From: a bacterium
GTDB lineage: Bacteria > RBG-13-61-14 > DATKZS01
Assembly (NCBI GenBank): GCA_963674965.2
Contig: CAXXFL010000002.1
Coordinates: 672,001 to 736,000, forward strand
Reading direction: 5' to 3'
DNA length: 64,000 nucleotides
Below are positions 58,250-64,000 of this stretch, in pieces. Positions within the stretch are counted from its first letter, which is position 1; each line of letters begins with the position of its first letter. Both the position numbers and the translations under genes were made by a program. Under the pieces are notes generated by a model. The model made no database searches, was not told the DNA's origin, and was given only the letters and a program-made list of their open reading frames with translations.

Positions 58250-58648
58250 TTAGAGGATTTTCATGAGATAGTCCGCCAGGAGCTTGGACTCGTCCACCGA
58301 TTCGGCTTTTCCTTCCTCGGCCAGCTTTTGTGCTTCCTTTTCCCCTTCCCTGGTCCCGGGTTCCCCGATAAATCCCGGCTCCACCTGGTAGGGCACGTCA
58401 TGCACGATGGCGGAATCCATGTAGATATCGCATCCCGTCTTTTCCAGTTCATCCTTGGCGTAAATCTTGCCCACCATGCCGTGCTGGTCCTCGGTGCCGT
58501 CCGCCACGAAGAGGAACTTGAAGGCCGGTACCAGCTTGTATTCCTGGTCCTGACGGGAATGGATGGTGAGTTTGTCTCCCTCAAGGTCGGCCTTGCCCTC
58601 GGCGAAAAGGGAGTCGAGTATTTCCTGCGATATGAAAATCTTCTTCAT
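58250..58648 (-). CDS. Hypothetical protein
   Basis: Coding-like composition; co-oriented with neighbours. Confidence 0.75.
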   Translation of the reverse strand: MKKIFISQEILDSLFAEGKADLEGDKLTIHSRQDQEYKLVPAFKFLFVADGTEDQHGMVGKIYAKDELEKTGCDIYMDSAIVHDVPYQVEPGFIGEPGTREGEKEAQKLAEEGKAESVDESKLLADYLMKIL

Positions 58649-58664
58649 TTTTAGAAGCCTCCGC

Positions 58665-58955
58665 TCACCCGATAAGGGTTTGCGCGAAAACCTTGACGTC
58701 CATATCCGACCAGCCGTAGTCGGGACATATTTTTTTCAGTATGCTCTTTACGTTTTCGGCGTAAAGAGTTATTTCCTTTACGGGTATGCCGGGCTTGGCC
58801 ATCTTGCCAATGACCCTCTCCCCTTCCACTCTCACTATCTGAAGATACTCGGGGTTGTTGTCCTTGAAATAGAACTGCTGAGCGGGAAGGACCTCGTTTA
58901 AATGTTCCTGAATTTTATCCGTTATCTTCGCCCCAATTATCAGATGGTTTTCCAT
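58665..58955 (-). CDS. Hypothetical protein (96 aa)
   Basis: GAGG RBS before MENHLIIG; a TTGACA-17-GATATT promoter-like element upstream argues against the longer ORF that runs into rnpB. Confidence 0.65.
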   Translation of the reverse strand: MENHLIIGAKITDKIQEHLNEVLPAQQFYFKDNNPEYLQIVRVEGERVIGKMAKPGIPVKEITLYAENVKSILKKICPDYGWSDMDVKVFAQTLIG

Positions 58956-59081
58956 TTGTTCCTCGGTTTTTTTGCCTTCATTAAATATCTCACGATGGTC
59001 CGCCGGTGTCAAGAAGATGCCTGGAGAAGACCGGTCCCCGAGGGCCATGGAAAGCCCCCGTTCCGGCCGGCCCTCTCCAGG

Positions 59082-59464
59082 GCGCCAAGCCCTCCGTAAG
59101 CCGGGTTCTGTGCTCCGAGCGAGGCTCGAGCGGCGGCCATTCATCTGGGACGAGGGTTGCCCCCCGCCTCCAGCGACCTACCCGGCGGCATCGGACGGGC
59201 CGTCCTCAATCGCCGCCCTATTTGGTCTTGCTCCGGAAGGGGTTTACCTAGCCGGCCCGGTCGCCCGGGACCGCGGTGGGCTCTTACCCCACCCTTTCAC
59301 CCTTACCTGAAGGACCAAAGTCCTCCAGGCGGTCTGCTCTCTGTTGCACTTTCCGTGGGATTTCTCCCCCTGGCCGTTAGCCAGCTTCCCGCCCTGTGGA
59401 GCCCGGACTTTCCTCGACCCGGCGGCAAAAGCCCCGAGCCGCGGCCGCCCTTCGGGCTTGGCGC
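59082..59464 (-). ncRNA. rnpB: RNase P RNA, bacterial type A
   Basis: Minus strand GAGGAAAGTCCGGGC, GGAAAGTGCAACAGA, GGTAAGAGCCCACC, ACAGAACCCGGCTTAC; terminal P1 pairing GCGCCAAGCCC/GGGCTTGGCGC. Confidence 0.98.
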
Positions 59465-59703
59465 GCTTATAGTATAGCACGTATTGCAAATAATGCCCGA
59501 AAACATGAAACCGCGGCACGCTCCATTAACCAACCAAGGTCCGGCCCGAAGCAAGGCCCCCAAAAAACCTTGCTTTAATCCCTTTATTGCTTTATAGTAG
59601 ACACAACTTGTTGGGCGTCCCGCAAGGGGCGGCACAATCCATTGGGGTATTCTTTGGTCTCGAGTCGGCTTCTCGACAATAAAAACAGGAACGCCACGTT
59701 AAT

Positions 59704-60459
59704 ATGAAACTTTGCGTGCTGGGAAGCGGAAGTAAGGGAAACTCGGTTTACGTCGAGGCCGGAGGGGTCAAGGTCCTGTTCGACGCGGGCTTTTCCGCCT
59801 TGCAACTGAAGAAGAGACTCGCCCAGGTGGGAGCGTCCATAAACGAGCTTGACGCTATTTTCACCTCGCACGAGCATTCCGATCACGTGGCGGGCCTCAG
59901 GGTCCTGGGAAAAAAACTACCCCTTTTCGCGACCGCCGGCACGCTGGCCGAGGTAAGGCTTCGCTTCGAGTTGAACGGTACCGAGATAATCGAGCCGGGC
60001 GAATGGGGACGGCTGGGCGGTCTGGATTTCCTGCCCGTTCCCGTCTCGCATGACGCCGCCGAGCCGGTGGGATTTATCCTGTCCGACGGCAAGATCAAGG
60101 TCGCCGTCATGACGGACCTTGGCGTGGTTACCCGGGTGATCGAGCATCACATGAAGGACCTGACGGCGGCGGTGATCGAGTGCAACCACGACCCGATCAT
60201 GCTCCGGGACGGGCCCTATCCCTGGGAACTCAAGCAACGGATCAAGGGAAGGATGGGCCACCTGGCCAACCCGGAGTCGGCCGAGCTGGCGGCGTCCATT
60301 TGCCGCGGCGGGCTGAAAAGGTTATACCTCGCTCATCTCTCGGAGGAAAACAACAGGCCGGAGCTGGCAATGGAGGCGGTCGCCAAGGCGGTCGACGGGG
60401 CCGGCGTGGCCCTTTCGGTTTGCGCGCAGGACCGCCCCTGCCCCATGATCGAGCTTTAA
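59704..60459 (+). CDS. MBL-fold metallohydrolase (YycJ/WalJ-like)
   Basis: LGSGSKGN, SHEHSDH, HDA, TDLG, ECNHD, GHL, LAHLSEENN. Confidence 0.93.
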   Translation: MKLCVLGSGSKGNSVYVEAGGVKVLFDAGFSALQLKKRLAQVGASINELDAIFTSHEHSDHVAGLRVLGKKLPLFATAGTLAEVRLRFELNGTEIIEPGEWGRLGGLDFLPVPVSHDAAEPVGFILSDGKIKVAVMTDLGVVTRVIEHHMKDLTAAVIECNHDPIMLRDGPYPWELKQRIKGRMGHLANPESAELAASICRGGLKRLYLAHLSEENNRPELAMEAVAKAVDGAGVALSVCAQDRPCPMIEL

Positions 60460-60499
60460 TATCACCGCCGATACGATCGGAAGTAAACGGGAGGAGTAA

Positions 60500-61804
60500 A
60501 TGATACCCAGGTATACAAGGCCTGAGATGGCCGAGATATGGACCGACCGCCATAAATACGATATCTGGCTGAAAATCGAGGTCATGGCCGTCGAGGGCTG
60601 GGCCAAGATCGGCAAGATACCCAAAAAGGACGCCGAGCTCATATCCAAACGGGCGGCCTACGATCTGGATCGAGTCGATGAAATCGAGAAGATCACCCGG
60701 CACGACGTGGTGGCTTTCACCCAGTCTATGGCCGAGTCCATAAACCATCCGGCCGTGAGATGGATTCATTTCGGTCTGACCAGCTCCGACGTGCTGGACA
60801 CCTGCCTGGCCGTGCAGATGACCGAGGCGGCGAACATCCTGATAAACGACATTAAGCTTTTCCTGAAAGTTCTTAAAAAGAAAGCATTAAAACACAAAAA
60901 GGACGTCATGACAGGCCGAAGTCACGGCATTCACGCCGAGCCCATAACTTTCGGTCTGGTCATGGCCCTGTGGTATGACGAGATGAGACGAAACCTTGCC
61001 CGGCTCGAGGCGGCGAGGGAGGACGTCCGGGTGGGTCAGATTTCCGGGGCCGTGGGCACCTACGCTCATCAGGACCCCCGCGTCGAGGCCTACGTCATGA
61101 AGAGGCTCGGGCTCAAGACGCCCAATATCACCACTCAGGTCATTCAGCGCGACCGGCACGCGAGCTTCTTCACCACCCTGGCCGTGATCGCCTCGTCCTT
61201 CGAGAAGTTCTCGGTACAGGTCAGGCATTGGCAGCGCACCGAGGTGCTCGAGGCGGAGGAGTTCTTTCACAAAGGGCAAAAGGGCAGCTCGGCCATGCCC
61301 CATAAAAGGAACCCCATCGCCAGCGAGAACACGGCGGGCCTGGCCAGGATAGTCCGGGCGGCGGCCGTTCCGGCGCTCGAGAACGTGGCCCTCTGGCATG
61401 AGCGGGACATAAGCCACAGCTCGGTCGAGCGCGTCATCGGCCCCGACGCCACCATCGCTCTCGATTATCTTATGGCCCGGTTCACGGGCATAGTTGACAA
61501 GCTTATCGTTTACCCGAGGCGGATGAAGGAAAACCTCGAGATCACTCGCGGCCTCATCTTCTCGGAGGGCGTGCTCCTGAAACTCGTCGAGTCCGGCCTT
61601 ACCCGCGAGGAGTCCTACTCGATGGTCCAGAGGAACGCCATGAAGGTCTGGGAGGAAGGAAAAAAAGACTTTATGACCTATCTTCTGGAAGACCCGGAAA
61701 TAGTGGAGAAACTGGGGCGCGAGGGGATCGGGGAATGCTTCGATCCGGGCCGCCTGATGGAAAAGGTTGACATGATCTTTGCCAGGGTCTTTGAAAAAGG
61801 TTAA
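60500..61804 (+). CDS. purB: Adenylosuccinate lyase
   Basis: MIPRY, RHDVVAF, HFGLTSSD, GRSHGIHAEP, GSSAMPHKRNP. Confidence 0.97.
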   Translation: MIPRYTRPEMAEIWTDRHKYDIWLKIEVMAVEGWAKIGKIPKKDAELISKRAAYDLDRVDEIEKITRHDVVAFTQSMAESINHPAVRWIHFGLTSSDVLDTCLAVQMTEAANILINDIKLFLKVLKKKALKHKKDVMTGRSHGIHAEPITFGLVMALWYDEMRRNLARLEAAREDVRVGQISGAVGTYAHQDPRVEAYVMKRLGLKTPNITTQVIQRDRHASFFTTLAVIASSFEKFSVQVRHWQRTEVLEAEEFFHKGQKGSSAMPHKRNPIASENTAGLARIVRAAAVPALENVALWHERDISHSSVERVIGPDATIALDYLMARFTGIVDKLIVYPRRMKENLEITRGLIFSEGVLLKLVESGLTREESYSMVQRNAMKVWEEGKKDFMTYLLEDPEIVEKLGREGIGECFDPGRLMEKVDMIFARVFEKG

Positions 61805-61867
61805 AATAAACGCTTTCGCTCGCCCGGGAGAAGCCGGGCAAAAGACTAAAAAACGTTGGAGGTCCCC

Positions 61868-62572
61868 ATGAAAAGGAAAGAGCTTATCTACACGGGCAAA
61901 GCAAAGGAAGTTTACTCGACGGACGACGCCGATAAGGTGATCATTTACTTCAAGGACGACGCGACCGCCGGCGACGGGCTCAAGCGGGGGACCATCCAGG
62001 GCAAGGGCGAGATCAATTGCAAGTTCACGACCATCATCTACAAGATGCTCGAGGCCAAGGGCGTTCCCACCCATATCATCGAGCAGACCTCTCCGGACGA
62101 GCTTCTTTGCAAGAAGCTCCGCATACTTCCCATCGAGGTCATCATCCGCAATTACGTGGCCGGCGGCCTGGCCAAGCGCATGGGCATGGAGGAAGGCACG
62201 AAGCTCAAAAGGGTCGTTCTGGAGCAGGACTACAAATGCGACGAGCTTCACGACCCCATGGTCAACCTCTGGCACATTCTGGCCTTCGATTACGCCACTG
62301 AGGAGCAGTACGACCTGATGAACGAGATGGCCATGAAGGTCAACGATATCCTGGTCCCCTTCTTCGAGGAGAGGGGCATCATCCTGGTCGATTACAAGCT
62401 CGAGTTCGGCCTTACCGTGGACGGCGAGCTGGTCCTGGCCGACGAGTTCACCCCCGACGGCTCCCGCCTTTGGGACAAGGAGACCAAGAAGAAGCTGGAC
62501 AAGGACCGCTTCCGCCGGGACATGGGCGGAATCGAGGAAGCCTATAACGAGGCCCTGTCCCGCATCCAGTGA
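61868..62572 (+). CDS. purC: SAICAR synthetase
   Basis: GKAK, FKDDATA, PIEVIIRN, DYKLEFG, LADE..PD..RLWD, DKDRFRR. Confidence 0.97.
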   Translation: MKRKELIYTGKAKEVYSTDDADKVIIYFKDDATAGDGLKRGTIQGKGEINCKFTTIIYKMLEAKGVPTHIIEQTSPDELLCKKLRILPIEVIIRNYVAGGLAKRMGMEEGTKLKRVVLEQDYKCDELHDPMVNLWHILAFDYATEEQYDLMNEMAMKVNDILVPFFEERGIILVDYKLEFGLTVDGELVLADEFTPDGSRLWDKETKKKLDKDRFRRDMGGIEEAYNEALSRIQ

Positions 62573-62608
62573 CCATGGCATGAGAAGGATTTCTACCGGA
62601 AAGACGCT

Positions 62609-63475
62609 TTGATACTCTTTGGCCCGGCGGGCATACCCAACTCGGTCAAGGGCAAGGGCTCGGAGGCGGGCGTGGCCGAGATATCCCGGCTCGGTCTCGA
62701 CTGCATGGAGGTCGAGTTCGTACGCGGAGTCAAGATGAGCGACGAGGCCGCATCGAGGCTAGGCGAGGCCGCTAAAAAGGCGGGCGTCGTCCTCTCGGCC
62801 CACGCGCCCTATTACGTCAACCTCTGCTCCCTCGAGCCCGAGAAAACCAGGGCCGGCCTCGAGCGGATATATCAGACCGCTCGCAAGTGCCGGCTCTTCG
62901 GCGGCAAAAAGGCCGTCTTCCACGCGGCCTTTTACCAGGGACGGGACGAAAAGTTAATCCTCGATGAAGTGGCCGCAAGGCTTCTCGACCTGAGGAAAAA
63001 ACTGGACCGCGAGGGAAACGAGGTCGTTCTCGCGCCCGAGCTTACGGGCAAGCCCAGCCAGTTCGGGTCGCTCCGGGAGTTGATCCGGCTGTCGGGCAAA
63101 GTCCCCGGCGTGGCGCCATGCGTGGACTTCGCCCATCTGGTGGCCAGGGCCTCGGGCGAGGGAAACGATTACGAGTCCTTTGCCGCGGCCATTAAGACCC
63201 TGAAAAAAGGGCTGGGAGCCGGGGCCATGAAGGACCTTCACATGCACGTCTCGGGCATCGAGTGGACCGGAAAAGGAGAACTGAGGCATCTCAAGCTGGA
63301 GGAGTCGAAGCTTGACTGGAGGTCCCTTGTCCTGGCGCTGATAGATGCAAAAGTTGGTGGTATAATGATATGTGAAAGTCCGGCCATGGAGGAGGACGCG
63401 CTTTTGCTGAAAAATTTCTACAGTACGGTGGGGAGGTCGAGAAAAGCGAACGGGCCGGGGGACGCGAAAGCCTAA
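62609..63475 (+). CDS. Endonuclease IV-like TIM-barrel protein
   Basis: FGPAGIP, SAHAPYYVNL, VFH, ELTGK..QFG, DFAH, HMHVSGI, ICESP. Confidence 0.88.
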   Translation: MILFGPAGIPNSVKGKGSEAGVAEISRLGLDCMEVEFVRGVKMSDEAASRLGEAAKKAGVVLSAHAPYYVNLCSLEPEKTRAGLERIYQTARKCRLFGGKKAVFHAAFYQGRDEKLILDEVAARLLDLRKKLDREGNEVVLAPELTGKPSQFGSLRELIRLSGKVPGVAPCVDFAHLVARASGEGNDYESFAAAIKTLKKGLGAGAMKDLHMHVSGIEWTGKGELRHLKLEESKLDWRSLVLALIDAKVGGIMICESPAMEEDALLLKNFYSTVGRSRKANGPGDAKA

Positions 63476-63541
63476 GAGTTTGACGAGGTTTATTATAGTG
63501 ATCGAACGGAGCGGATTGAGTAACGACGGGGAGGGGAACTC

Positions 63542-63669
63542 AGCCTGCGGCTTGCGCCGCCCATGCAGGATGCATGGGCGACCCAGGCTTGCGGGATTTG
63601 CATAACCCCGAGCCGCCTCAACTCCGGGTCGCCCACGCATTTTGCGTGGGTGAGCGAAGCGAGCGGGCT
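63542..63669. repeat. Inverted doublet of REP-like palindromic elements
   Basis: 63542-63584 and 63626-63669 are imperfect reverse complements of each other, each containing an internal hairpin. Confidence 0.75.
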
Positions 63670-63870
63670 TGTGGTCTTGGAATCGAGGGCGTTTGCCGAC
63701 GTTTGTCAGCGGCTTCCCGACGGCGCGGGACGATGGCGGCTTACTTGACGGATTGTTTGCCAAATCGCTTCATTACCGTTTATATGACGCGACGACCCTG
63801 AAAAAAAGCGTCGGAGCGCTGGGAATATAATCTTTTTAGGCCGCCCCCTTGGGCAAGGAGAGATGATTTA

Positions 63871-64000
63871 ATGGACGCCGCAAAGATCAAGGCGATTTCC
63901 GTTCTGGGGTATAACTTCTGGATTCACGTTTTCAAGTCGCTCATACCCAAGGACAAGGAGGACCAGGCGGAGCTTTTTCGCGAGTATTTCAAGGAGGACA
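63871..64000 (+). CDS. Hypothetical protein, 3'-truncated
   Basis: AAGGAG upstream; MDAAKIKAISVLGYNFWIHVFKSLIPKDKEDQAELFREYFKED is open to the window end. Confidence 0.55.
   Translation, partial: MDAAKIKAISVLGYNFWIHVFKSLIPKDKEDQAELFREYFKED

Noticed and set aside
58956-59144. N-terminal extension of the ORF at 58665
   Set aside because: It overlaps rnpB and a promoter-like element; the ATG at 58955 has an RBS.

Overview
A 64-kb, GC-rich (about 60% by eye), densely coding bacterial chromosomal segment. The gene content suggests an anaerobic deltaproteobacterium-like organism (inference). Housekeeping loci: hisG, purB, purC, RNase P RNA (rnpB) and a four-subunit 2-oxoacid:ferredoxin oxidoreductase (Vor-like) operon. 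Metabolic and envelope genes: two aldehyde:ferredoxin oxidoreductase paralogs (one with MoaD), a molybdate-transporter-like gene, lipid/acyl-CoA catabolic genes, several carbohydrate-active enzymes and three GT-C-like membrane proteins. No transposase, integrase, tRNA, rRNA or CRISPR array was seen. Most notable: (i) a coupled GT2 / B12-radical-SAM / methyltransferase / DUF5989-like microprotein / TMTC-like TPR cluster that may be a glycan-modification and transfer system; (ii) an HprK-related kinase coupled to a radical SAM enzyme with no visible precursor or PqqD; (iii) a dispersed REP-like palindromic family with compensatory substitutions; (iv) a histidine kinase with Asp at the phospho-His position and an acyl-CoA dehydrogenase lacking its catalytic Glu; (v) an MshEN protein with a very long acidic tail. 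All assignments come from motif recognition by eye; no database search was run.
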